Below are positions 46,785-57,303 of a stretch of 64,000 nt of DNA, piece after piece; positions within the stretch are counted from its first letter, which is position 1, and each line of letters opens with the position of its first letter. The position numbers and the translations under genes were made by a program. Source of the stretch: Planctomycetota bacterium. Lineage in GTDB: Bacteria; Planctomycetota; UBA8108; SXIK01. Below the pieces are notes generated by a model. The model ran no database searches. It worked only from the letters and a program-made list of their open reading frames with translations, and had not been told where the DNA came from. The stretch lies in NCBI GenBank assembly GCA_965223265.1, contig OZ244999.1:8672001-8736000 (forward strand), in the 5' to 3' direction.

Positions 46785-48131
46785 TCACCGTCGCCGTGGG
46801 AGCCAGCGCTCAAGGACGTCTTCGATGGTGTCGAAGACACCATGTGCCTCGGTGTCGGTGATGGCGTACGGCGGCAGGAAGTACAGAACGTTACCGAGCG
46901 GACGCAACAGGATCCCGCGACGCAGGAATTCGGCTGCGAGCTCTGGGCCTGAGCTGTCGAGGTAGCCGCCTTCGCGGTGTGCTTGAAGTTCGATCACCGC
47001 GAGAGCTCCAATGCCGCGTGTCGACGCAACCACCTCCAAGCGGCGCAGGCGACTCAGTCGATCGCTGAAAAGAGCTTCTAGACGATGGATGCGTTCGAGC
47101 GTACCCTCTGCCGCGAAAATCTCCAAACTCTCGAGCGCCAGCGCGCACCCGAGTGCGTTACCTGTGAATGAATGCCCGTGAAAGAACGTGCGGGAACGAT
47201 CTTCGCTCAGAAACGTCGAGTAGATCTCCTCGGTGACAAGAGTGACTGACATCGGCAGGTAACCCCCGGTCAAGCCTTTCGAGAGACAGACGATGTCTGG
47301 CTCGATGGGGCCGTGCTCACAGGCGAACATCTTTCCCGTGCGGCCAAATCCGGTGAAAATCTCGTCGGCGATCAGCGGGATCCCGTGCTCGCGTGCGAGT
47401 GTCGCCACGTCACGTAGGTACTCCTTAGGCCAAATGATCATGCCGCCAGCGCCTTGCAGCATCGGCTCGATGATGATCGCGGCGATGCGGTCGGCGTGGG
47501 CGTGCAGAATCGCCTCGAGGGTCGGAGCACTCGACGTTGCGTGTGTCTGCGACTCGGTACCGCCAGTGCCCCCTCCCGACGGACCCCGCGCGTGGAGAAC
47601 CTCGAAAAAGAGATCGCTGAATTCGCGATGGAACACGTCGACGCCTCCTGCAGCCATCGCCCCAAAGGTGTCACCGTGATATGCGTGCTCAACCGCGACG
47701 AATAGATTGCGATCGTTTTCTCCGCGCTGGCGCCAAGACTGGTACGCCATCTTGAGTGCGACTTCGACAGCCGTCGAACCGTCATCCGAAAAGAACACGC
47801 GCTGCATCGAGCCGGGGGCTATCGCGACAAGATTCGCCGCAAGTCGCGCCGCTGGTTCGTGTGTCATGCCGGCGAAGATGACTTGAGCCATTTGCTCCGC
47901 CTGCCGCGTGAGCGCGCTGTTGAGGCGGGGGTGATTGTGTCCGTGCACATTGACCCACCACGACGAAATCCCGTCGAGAATCTTCCGGCCGTCGTCGGTG
48001 CAGAGGTAGACGCCCTCGGCGCGGACGATCGGAAGCGGCGCAGGGGCTGTCAGCATCTGAGTGTAGGGATGCCAGATGTGGCGGCGATCGAACTCGGTCC
48101 AGTGGGGTGACGTCGGCGAGCTGTGCGTCAT
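46785..48131 (-). CDS. bioA: Adenosylmethionine-8-amino-7-oxononanoate aminotransferase
   Basis: IWHPYTQ, SSWWV, YHGDT, DEIFTGFGRTG, SKGLTGG, LRPLG. Confidence 0.95.
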   Translation of the reverse strand: MTHSSPTSPHWTEFDRRHIWHPYTQMLTAPAPLPIVRAEGVYLCTDDGRKILDGISSWWVNVHGHNHPRLNSALTRQAEQMAQVIFAGMTHEPAARLAANLVAIAPGSMQRVFFSDDGSTAVEVALKMAYQSWRQRGENDRNLFVAVEHAYHGDTFGAMAAGGVDVFHREFSDLFFEVLHARGPSGGGTGGTESQTHATSSAPTLEAILHAHADRIAAIIIEPMLQGAGGMIIWPKEYLRDVATLAREHGIPLIADEIFTGFGRTGKMFACEHGPIEPDIVCLSKGLTGGYLPMSVTLVTEEIYSTFLSEDRSRTFFHGHSFTGNALGCALALESLEIFAAEGTLERIHRLEALFSDRLSRLRRLEVVASTRGIGALAVIELQAHREGGYLDSSGPELAAEFLRRGILLRPLGNVLYFLPPYAITDTEAHGVFDTIEDVLERWLPRRR

Positions 48132-48156
48132 CGTCTCGTCTCTTTGCCTCTTCAAG

Positions 48157-48822
48157 TCACACGAAGTATTGCTCAAGAACCGCTTTGCCGTCGAAGCTTC
48201 CGGCTGCGGCGAGAAGTCTCTCTTGCGACAACGGTTGAAGGGGTTCGAGCTCGCCAACCACCACCACGTCGCCGAACTTCTCGATCGCTTGCCTGTTGTC
48301 GCGGTTCTTGGGACCGTTCATCACGACTCCGGCGATCGGTATGTCTCTTGCCCGCAGGGCCTCAAGCGTCAGCAGCGTGTGGTTGATTGTCCCAAGTTCA
48401 CTCGAGGCGACGACAACGCAAGGAAGGTGGAGATCCTTAGCTAGGTCTGCGACGAGGTAGCCGTCGTCGTTCACCGGAACAAGAACGCCGCCGATGCCTT
48501 CGATCACGAGTGACCGGTCCTTGTCGGCGAGCGCAAGATGCAGGAGCTCCTCGACGATGCGCTCAGAGTCGATCCTCCGGCGAGCGCGTCGCGCCGCGAG
48601 GTGAGGCGAAACCGGGGGGTCGAATAGATATGATTCGTCGATTACGTCGACCAGGTGTCCGCAGAGCCTACGCACTTCCAGCGTGTCGCGCCCCTCGACG
48701 GCGCCAGTGGCGATGGGTTTCCAGTAGGCTAGCTTCGTCCGTTCGGCGTAGCGGGCAAGAATGAGCGCGCTGACGACCGTCTTGCCGATCTCCGTACCGG
48801 TGGCTGTAACGAACAAACTCAT
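48157..48822 (-). CDS. bioD: Dethiobiotin synthase
   Basis: TGTEIGKT, WKPI, SPHLAA, EGIGG, LGTINH. Confidence 0.95.
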   Translation of the reverse strand: MSLFVTATGTEIGKTVVSALILARYAERTKLAYWKPIATGAVEGRDTLEVRRLCGHLVDVIDESYLFDPPVSPHLAARRARRRIDSERIVEELLHLALADKDRSLVIEGIGGVLVPVNDDGYLVADLAKDLHLPCVVVASSELGTINHTLLTLEALRARDIPIAGVVMNGPKNRDNRQAIEKFGDVVVVGELEPLQPLSQERLLAAAGSFDGKAVLEQYFV

Positions 48823-49997
48823 GGCTCGAACGTACGGCTCGCTGCAGAGACCTGCTGCGCTTCGGCGGTTTTACCGAGGAGATCCACGAGTGCTGCGATC
48901 TGATCGTCGGTGTGATCGGCGTGCAGTGAGAGCCGTAGCCGCGCGGTACCCGGCGCGACGGACGGTGGGCGAATCGCGCGCACATCGAAGCCGCCGCGCT
49001 GGATTGCGGCTGCGACTGAGGTTGCGGTCGCATTGTCCCCGAGGATCACGGGGATAATTGGCCCCGAAGAGTTGAGGCAGTCGAAACCGCCGCGACGTAG
49101 GAGCTTTCGGGTCTTGTCCGCCAGGGCGAGGAGATGACGCCGTCGGTTCACACCTTGAGCGACGAAATCCAGTGACACGTTCATCGCACGAGCGAGGAAC
49201 GGCACTGGCGCCGTTGTGAAGATGAAGGGGCGTGCTCGGCTTACGAGGTAATCGATCATCACTCGTGAGCCCGTCACCATCGCGCCGCCCAGCGCGAAGG
49301 CTTTGCCGAACGTGGAGACGATCGCCAGGGGCTTGCGGGCAGCATTGGCCACTTTGGCGAGGCCGGCGCCGCGCTCAACAGAAAACACCCCGGTTGCATG
49401 CGCGTCATCGAGAATGAGCTCGGCGTTGTAGCGTTCAGCGAGTGCGGCGTAATCGTCGATGGGGGCGATGTCGCCGTCCATGCTGAAGAGCGTTTCCGTG
49501 ACGATAAAGGTCCTTCCCGGCGTTTGCTCTTTTCGCTTCAGAAGTTCCTCGATGTGGGAAAGATCCAAGTGACGAAAGATCTGCTTGTGACACCGGGAAA
49601 GTCGAAGACCATCGATGATGCTCGCGTGGTTCTGCTCATCGGAGAGCACCGTATCGTCGGGACCGATCAGCGACGCCAGGACGGCGAGATTCGCCGTATA
49701 ACCACTCGAGAAGAGAAGCGCCGCTTCGCAACCTTTGAACGCGGCGAAACGCGCTTCGACTTGCTCGTGCTCGCGGCTGTTCCCACTGAGCAAGCGCGAC
49801 GCGGGCGAGCTGAACGTATCGATCGGACATTCCTGAATCGCCGCGAGCACGGCGTCCCGAAACGCCGCATCTTTACCGAGCCCGAGATAGTCGTTCGAGG
49901 CGAAATCGACTCCAGATCCAACGACGAGCCGCCGCTCCAAACCGCAACGACTCAAGTCGTCAAGGCGCTCGCCCAGCTCTTCCAGGAAGTTCTTCAT
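48819..49997 (-). CDS. bioF: 8-amino-7-oxononanoate synthase
   Basis: FASNDYLGL, NHASIIDG, FSMDGD, DDAH, TFGKA, AIRPPSV. Confidence 0.95.
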   Translation of the reverse strand: MKNFLEELGERLDDLSRCGLERRLVVGSGVDFASNDYLGLGKDAAFRDAVLAAIQECPIDTFSSPASRLLSGNSREHEQVEARFAAFKGCEAALLFSSGYTANLAVLASLIGPDDTVLSDEQNHASIIDGLRLSRCHKQIFRHLDLSHIEELLKRKEQTPGRTFIVTETLFSMDGDIAPIDDYAALAERYNAELILDDAHATGVFSVERGAGLAKVANAARKPLAIVSTFGKAFALGGAMVTGSRVMIDYLVSRARPFIFTTAPVPFLARAMNVSLDFVAQGVNRRRHLLALADKTRKLLRRGGFDCLNSSGPIIPVILGDNATATSVAAAIQRGGFDVRAIRPPSVAPGTARLRLSLHADHTDDQIAALVDLLGKTAEAQQVSAASRTFEP

Positions 49998-50017
49998 GTC
50001 GGCTGCGACTCTCTAGT

Positions 50018-51010
50018 TTACGGTGACGTTGCTGGCGACAGCCCGAGCTTCTCAAAGAGCGCGAGGTCTTGGTCCTCCTCGGGGTTCGGCGTCGTGAGAA
50101 GGCGATCGCCGGCGAAAATTGAGTTGGCTCCAGCGAGGAAACAGAGCGCTTGCGCCTCGTCGGTCATCTCGAGTCGTCCCGCGCTTAAGCGGACGCGGCT
50201 GCGCGGCAGCACGATGCGTGACGTCGCGATCACTCGTACGAGCTCGATGGGATCAGCCGGTTTTTGGTGCGCCAAAGGAGTGCCGGCGACAGCGACTAGG
50301 GCGTTGATGGGTACGCTCTCCGGATGGGGTGTCAAACGTGCAAGCGTGCCGATCATAGAGACGCGGTCGGCAACGGATTCACCCATGCCGACAATTCCGC
50401 CGCAGCACACCTGGATTCCTGCATCCTGGACGTTGCGGATGGTTTCGAGTCGATCTTCGAACGAACGCGTGGTGATGATTTCCGCGTAGTGTTCGGGGCT
50501 GGTGTCGATGTTGTGGTTGTAGGCGGTCAGGCCGGCGTCGCGGAGGCGTCGCGCTTGCCCGGCGTCCAACATGCCGAGCGTGCAGCAGACCTCGAGGCCT
50601 AGGTCGTGCACGTGGCGAACCATCTCGAGAACGCTATCGAACTCTTTCCCGTCCTGCACCTCACGCCAAGCGGCGCCCATGCAGAAGCGAGTTGAGCCCT
50701 GTTCGCGGGCGGAAGTCGCTGCTGCCTTGACTTCGTCGAGATCGAGGAGGTCCGCGCGATCGACGCCGGCATCGTAGTGGGCGCTCTGCGGGCAGTAGGC
50801 GCAGTCTTCCGGGCAGCCTCCCGTCTTGATGCTGAGAAGAGTGCACTTCTGCACGCGACGCGGATCGTGGTGTCGCCGGTGCACTTTCTGCGCGTAGAAG
50901 ATGAGATCCGGCAGCGGCAGATCATGGATGCGCCGGAGCTCGTCGTTGGTCCAGTCGTGGCGTTCGACCTGCGGAGAAGCAGGCGGCGCTTTTGACTCCG
51001 AGGCGCCCAT
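50018..51010 (-). CDS. bioB: Biotin synthase (radical SAM)
   Basis: [30 protein letters not shown]. Confidence 0.97.
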   Translation of the reverse strand: MGASESKAPPASPQVERHDWTNDELRRIHDLPLPDLIFYAQKVHRRHHDPRRVQKCTLLSIKTGGCPEDCAYCPQSAHYDAGVDRADLLDLDEVKAAATSAREQGSTRFCMGAAWREVQDGKEFDSVLEMVRHVHDLGLEVCCTLGMLDAGQARRLRDAGLTAYNHNIDTSPEHYAEIITTRSFEDRLETIRNVQDAGIQVCCGGIVGMGESVADRVSMIGTLARLTPHPESVPINALVAVAGTPLAHQKPADPIELVRVIATSRIVLPRSRVRLSAGRLEMTDEAQALCFLAGANSIFAGDRLLTTPNPEEDQDLALFEKLGLSPATSP

Positions 51011-51247
51011 AGAGTGTCCTTCAACCCTTCAAATCGTCGTTTCGTCTCGTCGCATCTCAGACGGTTGTCAAAGCACTGCCACCGAGCTGACGCCAATTGG
51101 TATTGACGTGGTACTTGCAGGTGGAGGCTTGTTCACACGCCCAAGATCTTGCAAGATCGTGCGAGCAGAATCAATGCTGGACGTTGATCAAGCCACGCAC
51201 GACCCGGTGACGCGGCGCTGGTGGTATGGAGAAGGATTGATCCGATC

Positions 51248-52708
51248 GTGTCTCGTGTGACCGCAGCAAGGCGACCTGTTTCGGGGCTGCCCCGAACGAT
51301 TTGGTACATGGGTGCGAAATCGCGCGTGCTCGACGGTTTTCTCGATCGAGTCGTCACCAAGGCTGTGCCCGCCGGCGGCACGATCGTCGACCTCATGAGC
51401 GGTACCGGTGTTGTGGCCACTTTTTGCGCCAATCGGTATCGCGTTTTGGCAAATGACGTGCAGAAGTACTCGCAGGTGATCGCCAGCAGCTTCATCGAGC
51501 ACGATGAATCGACTAAGGAGGAGTTTCTCGCGCGGCTGTCGCCGCAGCGCGACCTACGCCAGGTTTATGATAGCAACGTCTCGGAGCTGACGCGGCGATT
51601 GGGAGGCTTGCTGGACGAAGAAGACGAGCTGCTCCGGATAGCCGACGCGAAAGGCGCTGACGGGGCATGGTGCCGGCGCTACCGTGCGTTTCTCGAACGC
51701 AGTGGCGCAGGTGATTTCGACGGGTTGACCGCTGGCGGCCACGAAGATCGCGCCTGGCCGTTCGACAGCGCGTTGATCGAGCGCTACCGTAGCGGCGCGA
51801 ACCGCACGCCTGCATGCCTCACCACGGCGTACTATGGCAACCTCTACTTCGGATTGCGTCAGGCGGTCGTGATCGATTCGATCCGCGCCGCTATTGCGGA
51901 GCTTGACGGCGAAGCGCGGTTTGCGTCCCGGACGCGAAACCACTACCTTGCGGCGCTGCTCTACGCGGCGTCGACCTCGACGTCGGGAACGTCTCACTTC
52001 GCGCAGCCGCGCCATCTTCGCAAGGACAGCGAGCTCCGCGCCATGGCCCAGCGCCGCCAGTCCTGCGTTTGGTCGATCTTTCTCAACGCCTCTGAGGAAA
52101 TCAAAAACAGTGTGGCGCGGACGTCTTTTCGCCCTGGAAACCGCGCGACGGCGCGCACCTACTCCGAGTTCTTCGCCAACAGCCCCGACGTGAGCAACGC
52201 TGCCGCGGGGACCGGGTACGTTCCGTTCGAGTTTGAGGTGACCCCGGACCTTATCTACCTCGATCCACCCTACACTGCCGACAATTACTCTCGCTTCTAT
52301 CACGTACTTGAGGTCCTCGTGACGTACGATTACCCGCCACTCGCGACTGACGCGCATGGAAGGACGCTCCGGGGGCGCTACCCAAGCCTTGAGAAGCGGT
52401 TTCAGTCGGAGTTTTGTCGAAACTCCGACGTCGAAGACGCGTTTCGCCGCGTCATCTTCGGCGCCGCTGGTGTTGGTTCCAAGCTGGTGATCAGTTATTC
52501 AAGCCCAACCGGACTGCTTCTGAAACAGTACGCGCGTCGGTATCCCGGTGAAGACCCGGTCACGCGCTTCGCCGCGCTCTGCGAAGAGGCCTACCAGGAC
52601 GTTTCGGTGTTGAGAAAGCCGATGATGCATTCGGGGCAAGGCGACTCCAATCTCGCGATCGAGGAGCTACTTCTCGTCTGCTCTCGTTCGAAGGCTCATT
52701 CAGTGTAG
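51248..52708 (+). CDS. Orphan DNA adenine methyltransferase (D12/FokI-like)
   Basis: YMGAK, DLMSGTG (motif I), YLDPPY (motif IV), YSRFYH; start uncertain (51221-51308). Confidence 0.8.
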   Translation: MSRVTAARRPVSGLPRTIWYMGAKSRVLDGFLDRVVTKAVPAGGTIVDLMSGTGVVATFCANRYRVLANDVQKYSQVIASSFIEHDESTKEEFLARLSPQRDLRQVYDSNVSELTRRLGGLLDEEDELLRIADAKGADGAWCRRYRAFLERSGAGDFDGLTAGGHEDRAWPFDSALIERYRSGANRTPACLTTAYYGNLYFGLRQAVVIDSIRAAIAELDGEARFASRTRNHYLAALLYAASTSTSGTSHFAQPRHLRKDSELRAMAQRRQSCVWSIFLNASEEIKNSVARTSFRPGNRATARTYSEFFANSPDVSNAAAGTGYVPFEFEVTPDLIYLDPPYTADNYSRFYHVLEVLVTYDYPPLATDAHGRTLRGRYPSLEKRFQSEFCRNSDVEDAFRRVIFGAAGVGSKLVISYSSPTGLLLKQYARRYPGEDPVTRFAALCEEAYQDVSVLRKPMMHSGQGDSNLAIEELLLVCSRSKAHSV

Positions 52709-52835
52709 CGGCGCAGTCGTCGACAGGCACACTTTCGCCGATCGCTCCGACGTGTGGCGATCGATTCCCATGTCGAAGGCTGTGCTCCACGCGGTAGAAT
52801 AGCCTGCCGGTTTATTACGTTCGCAGCAGCAATCG

Positions 52836-53975
52836 ATGGCACGACAACCGCATCCTCAACGAGTTCTCAAGAGCTATTCCAGCGTCGCGATCGTGGGCAT
52901 CGGGCTAATCGGCGGATCGCTGGCCGTGTCGCTCCGGCGTCTCAAGTATCCGGGGCGGATTCTCGGCGTCAGCAGTGATGCGACGATCAAGGAGGCGCTG
53001 CGCCTGGGCGTGATCGACGAGGGCTTTGGCTACACACAGTTGATCGACGCTGTGAAGGACACAGACCTGGTGGTGTTCGCAGGGCCAATTTCTGTCATCC
53101 TCGAGCAGATTGAGGCCGTCGGGAAGTGCGGCGAGCAGCTGAGATCCGGGCTCGTCTTGACCGACGTCGGCAGCACGAAGCGCGAGATCGTTCGCGCCGC
53201 GGACGACCACTTGCCAACGCATGTCAAATTTGTCGGTGGACACCCGCTCGCCGGGTCAGAGCGAACAGGACTGTCGGCGGCGGACCCTTTCCTGTTTCAG
53301 AACGCCTACTATGTCCTGACACCGAGCGAGTCGGCCGGCGCCGAGGACGCCAGGCGCCTTGGAGATTTTCTGTCGGCACTGGGGGCGCACATCGTTGTGC
53401 TCGACGCCCTAAGCCACGACCGAATTGCAGCCGCCATCAGCCACGTGCCGCAGCTATTGGCCGTCGCGCTCGTTCGATCGCTCGATTCTTTGGGTGAACA
53501 CTCCGAGCATGCACTGAGGCTGGCCGCGGGTGGATTCCGGGACATGACTCGCATCGCGTCGAGCCCATTCCCCGTTTGGCGGGATATCATTTCTACCAAC
53601 CGCGACATGATCGCGAGCCTCCTCGGCGATTTCTTTGCGCAGACAGAAAGTGAGCTTGGAGATTTGCAGACGGAACAGCTAGAAGCGGCGTTCGAAGCCG
53701 CAGCGCAGCTCCGCTCGACGATTCCTAGCGACACGAAGGGTTTCTTGACCCGCCTGTGGGACGTCCTTGTCGTTGTCGAGGATCGTCCGGGGGTGATTGT
53801 CGACGTGTGCTCGCCGCTCGCCGGCCGTGGGATCAATGTGCAGGACATCGAGGTACTGAAAGTTCGAGAGGGCGAGGGGGGGACGCTCCGCCTCGCGTTC
53901 CGCACGCGCGAAGTTGCGGAGTCTGCGGTTGGAGTTTTGACCCAGAAGGGATTCACAGCGCGTCTGCGTGAATAA
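52836..53975 (+). CDS. tyrA: Prephenate/arogenate dehydrogenase with C-terminal ACT domain
   Basis: GIGLIGGS, TDVGSTK, GGHPLAGSE, SHVPQL, GFRDMTRIA, DRPG. Confidence 0.9.
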   Translation: MARQPHPQRVLKSYSSVAIVGIGLIGGSLAVSLRRLKYPGRILGVSSDATIKEALRLGVIDEGFGYTQLIDAVKDTDLVVFAGPISVILEQIEAVGKCGEQLRSGLVLTDVGSTKREIVRAADDHLPTHVKFVGGHPLAGSERTGLSAADPFLFQNAYYVLTPSESAGAEDARRLGDFLSALGAHIVVLDALSHDRIAAAISHVPQLLAVALVRSLDSLGEHSEHALRLAAGGFRDMTRIASSPFPVWRDIISTNRDMIASLLGDFFAQTESELGDLQTEQLEAAFEAAAQLRSTIPSDTKGFLTRLWDVLVVVEDRPGVIVDVCSPLAGRGINVQDIEVLKVREGEGGTLRLAFRTREVAESAVGVLTQKGFTARLRE

Positions 53976-54245
53976 GCTCGACGCGCCTCGAAATACGGCT
54001 GGCGTGGGCGGCGACTCTTTTCTATCATGCCGCACCTTGGTTCATTGGCGGCTCACTGAGAGGCGGCCTCACGGAGGTTCCGGGTCCGCTCGCTCGTTGA
54101 TACTCAATGCCAGGAACCAGCGGCGGTGGCGGCGCGCGCCTCTGTTGTTTTCGATCGCGAGCGCGGAGCGGGAGTTCAGCTCAAAGTCATTGGGAGGGTT
54201 TTACCGGGTGCTCAGCTCGAACGGCTTTCGGGGAGGAAAGCGGTC

Positions 54246-56207
54246 ATGAAACCGTCGCGGCCGAACACGAGTTGGTTGGATCGTTGCGCGGCGGCTACCC
54301 ACAAGGCGGAGGTCGTTGAGCCATTTCGTGCCAAGTTGGAGGGTTGTCAGCAGCGTTTGGAGCGCCTGACGGCGTCCGCGGCGACACGCGATCTGACCAC
54401 GCTCGAGCTCTTCAACGAGCTCTCGATCGAGCTCTGGAATCTGACGAGCGTCGTTGCATTCTTGCAGAACGTTCATCCTTCCCTGGAGGTTCGCGAGGGC
54501 TGTGAGCTTGCAGAGCAGGAGGCGCACCGGTTCATCAACGAGATGACGCTCAACCGGGACCTCTACGACGCATTCGATGCGATCGACGACACCGAGCTCG
54601 AGCAGGACGCGCGCCGTTTGCGCGATCGGTTGCTGCGGGATTTTCGTCGCGCGGGTGTCGATCGTGACGACGAGACACGCGCCACGGTCCGACGGCTGCG
54701 CGAAGAGCTCGTCTCGTTAGGACAAGAATTCGTCCGCACGATTGCCGCTGACACCCAGTACATCCAGCTCGCAGATGAATCCGAGCTCGCAGGTCTACCA
54801 GCCGACTACGTCCGGGAACGCCGCGCTGACCCGAGTGGCATTCGCATCACGACCGACTACCCGGACTATAACCCCTTCATGAGCTACGCCGAGAGCGGTG
54901 AACGACGACGCGAGCTCTACGTGGCGTTTCGCCGTCGCGGGTACCCAGAGAACCTTGACGTTCTCGACAAGATCTTGGCGAAACGACATCAGCTTGCGCT
55001 GACTCTTGGCTATCAGAACTGGGCCGACTATGCCACTGAAGACAAGATGATCGGCAGCGCGGCGGGAATTGATGCGTTCATCAACCGCATAGCGGACACT
55101 GCGCAAGACGCAGCCAAGGCAGAGTACGAGATCCTACTGGAGTCGAAACGGGCGGTGGAGCCGGACGCCACCGTCGTCTATGACTGGGAACGCCTCTACT
55201 ACGAGAAACGCGTCGAGGCGCAGCGGTTCCAAGTCGAAAGCAAGGAAGTCAGGCAGTATTTCGAGTCAGGCAGAGTCAAGGATGGACTCTTGCGCATCAC
55301 CGAAGAGTTCTTCGGTGTGCGTTTCGTTGCCGCTCCCGACGCAGTGAGTTGGCACGAAGCCACCGAGGTTCTCGACGTTTTGGAAGGCGATCAGGTCATC
55401 GGTCGAGTCTACCTCGATCTCTACCCGCGCGACGGCAAGTTCAAGCACGCGGCGATGTTCGGTCTGCAGTCTGGGGTGCGCGATGTGCAGCTGCCCATGG
55501 CGGCGCTTGTATGTAATTTTCCCGATCCATCGACGTCAGAAGAGCCGGTGGTGATGGAACACGCGGATGTCGTCACGTTCTTTCACGAGTTCGGGCATCT
55601 TCTGCACCATTTGTGTGCGAGGAACCAGCGCTGGATTGAGTTCAGCGGCACCGCGACGGAGTGGGATTTCGTCGAAGTCCCGTCGCAGGTCTACGAAGAG
55701 TGGGCCTGGGATGTCGATGTCTTGAAACAGTTTGCCGTGCACACGCGCACGGGCGAAGTGATCCCGTCCGCGCTCGTAGCTAAGCTCTGTCGGGCGCGTG
55801 ATTTCGGCCGCGCCCTGAGAACGCGGCATCAGATGTTCTACGCCGCCGTTTCGTATGCATGCCACACAACGGCGCCGCAGGACGGGGACACAACGAGGCT
55901 CATGCGCGAGCTGCAAAACCGCTACAGTTATTTTCCGTACGTCGATGGCACTTATTTTCAAGCCAGCTTCGGCCATCTTGAGGACTACTCGGCGCTCTAC
56001 TACACGTATATGTGGTCCTTAGTCATCGCCAAGGACTTGCTCTGCGCACTCAAGAAGAACGGTACCTTCGACGTCGAGCTCGCACGCCGATTCCGCGACG
56101 CCATCCTGGCACCGGGAGGCTCCAAGGACGCTAGCGACTTGGTGCACGACTTTCTCGGTCGCAACTACTCGGAAGACGCCTTTGCGACGTGGCTCGCCGG
56201 GGAGTGA
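54246..56207 (+). CDS. M3 family metallopeptidase (thimet oligopeptidase-like)
   Basis: FFHEFGH, DFVEVPSQ..E, FGHL..Y..YYTYMWS, DFLGR. Confidence 0.92.
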   Translation: MKPSRPNTSWLDRCAAATHKAEVVEPFRAKLEGCQQRLERLTASAATRDLTTLELFNELSIELWNLTSVVAFLQNVHPSLEVREGCELAEQEAHRFINEMTLNRDLYDAFDAIDDTELEQDARRLRDRLLRDFRRAGVDRDDETRATVRRLREELVSLGQEFVRTIAADTQYIQLADESELAGLPADYVRERRADPSGIRITTDYPDYNPFMSYAESGERRRELYVAFRRRGYPENLDVLDKILAKRHQLALTLGYQNWADYATEDKMIGSAAGIDAFINRIADTAQDAAKAEYEILLESKRAVEPDATVVYDWERLYYEKRVEAQRFQVESKEVRQYFESGRVKDGLLRITEEFFGVRFVAAPDAVSWHEATEVLDVLEGDQVIGRVYLDLYPRDGKFKHAAMFGLQSGVRDVQLPMAALVCNFPDPSTSEEPVVMEHADVVTFFHEFGHLLHHLCARNQRWIEFSGTATEWDFVEVPSQVYEEWAWDVDVLKQFAVHTRTGEVIPSALVAKLCRARDFGRALRTRHQMFYAAVSYACHTTAPQDGDTTRLMRELQNRYSYFPYVDGTYFQASFGHLEDYSALYYTYMWSLVIAKDLLCALKKNGTFDVELARRFRDAILAPGGSKDASDLVHDFLGRNYSEDAFATWLAGE

Positions 56208-56295
56208 AGACGGCGCGGCCTCCGGAAGTTCTGAGAGCGTTCTGTCGACACGCGTCGGGCGACCTTCGCTTCGTTTTCAGCCTCACGCCCTTTAG

Positions 56296-56550
56296 CCTCG
56301 AGTTTGGCCATTTCGCGCCGGCCTGGCCGGACGAGTTTCGCGGGAATTCAAAGGCCCTTTCGACTTTTTAGTACCCTGAGAACCCTTGTGCATGTTCAAA
56401 AACTCCTGTCCGGCCCTTCGGGGAACGCCAGGAGCGCCGATGCCTGCGTCGCTCCTCCGCCACGATCGCAGCGGGATCGCGTTGTCGTCGCTCCTTGGCC
56501 TCGACGCTCCTGGCGCTGGCAGGCTCGACGCGAAATGGCCAAACTCGAGT
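56296..56550. mobile_element. MITE family B (255 bp, perfect 21-bp TIR)
   Basis: CTCGAGTTTGGCCATTTCGCG (56297-56317) and its reverse complement (56529-56549); TAG on both flanks. Confidence 0.8.
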
Positions 56551-56553
56551 TAG

Positions 56554-56712
56554 CAGCCCGTTGAAAAAGTCATTCGGCCGAGAAACTGGCCTCTTCACGC
56601 CCAGATCGACCGCGGCGAGCCTCGAAAATCTCGGAGATTACCTACGTGCGCCGCGGCCGATCTGGACGCGAAGCGACCAGTTTTCGACTCGAAGCACTTT
56701 TTCAACAGGCTG
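56554..56712. mobile_element. MITE family A (159 bp) with TTAG target duplication
   Basis: TIR CAGCCCGTTGAAAAAGT / ACTTTTTCAACAGGCTG; TTAG at 56550-56553 and 56713-56716; long internal hairpin. Confidence 0.85.
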
Positions 56713-56816
56713 TTAGGCGACCTGCGGACGTCGTGTGAGACGCCTTTCACAAGGAGCGCTCGCAGGTTGCCTTCTGCAGGCAGTTGAGGGTGACCTCATG
56801 GCCCGCATCTGTCCCG

Positions 56817-56936
56817 ACAGTTGCATAAGTCTTTCGCAAAAAGGACTCGGAAACCCTTGTCCTCAGGCTCGATCGGCAGTTGGGGGACGTCGCGGCGAAC
56901 GTCACGCTTGGTGAGGTTTGTCGATGTGCCGTGTTC
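56817..56936. repeat. ~120-bp dispersed repeat, copy 2
   Basis: Matches 44762-44880. Confidence 0.85.
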
Positions 56937-57108
56937 GACCAATTCGGACCATCGACCGAACTGGCGTCCGTTGGTGTGACCCGCGTCCTCCACGCACGCG
57001 CACACGGAGAGACTGTGAAGGTTTAACACGTGCCGTCAAAACTTGCGCTCCGCACGGTCACCTCCGGAACGCACGACTTTTTTAACTGCTGTTGCAGCTC
57101 GCGGACAC

Positions 57109-57253
57109 CCGGAACGGCACACGGCGTGTGCCTGCTACTTTGAAGAGCGTATCGGCGACGTCTTTATAGTAGCAGGCACACGCCGTGTGCCGTTCCGGAG
57201 AGTTGCGATGGCAAGTCTCGAAGAATTCACAGCCTCGGAGTGTGCCTGCTACT
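57109..57253. repeat. REPIN-like inverted REP doublet plus a partial third REP
   Basis: Perfect 31-bp inverted repeat 57109-57139 / 57168-57198; CGGAGTGTGCCTGCTACT at about 57236-57253. Confidence 0.9.
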
Positions 57254-57303
57254 TGAGCACTCGCACTCGCGTAAACATTGGGGTCTGTGTCCGATCGGGG
57301 CGC

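Noticed and set aside
51066-51095. BirA operator upstream of bioB
   Set aside because: TGTCAA-N15-CTGACG is too degenerate to support
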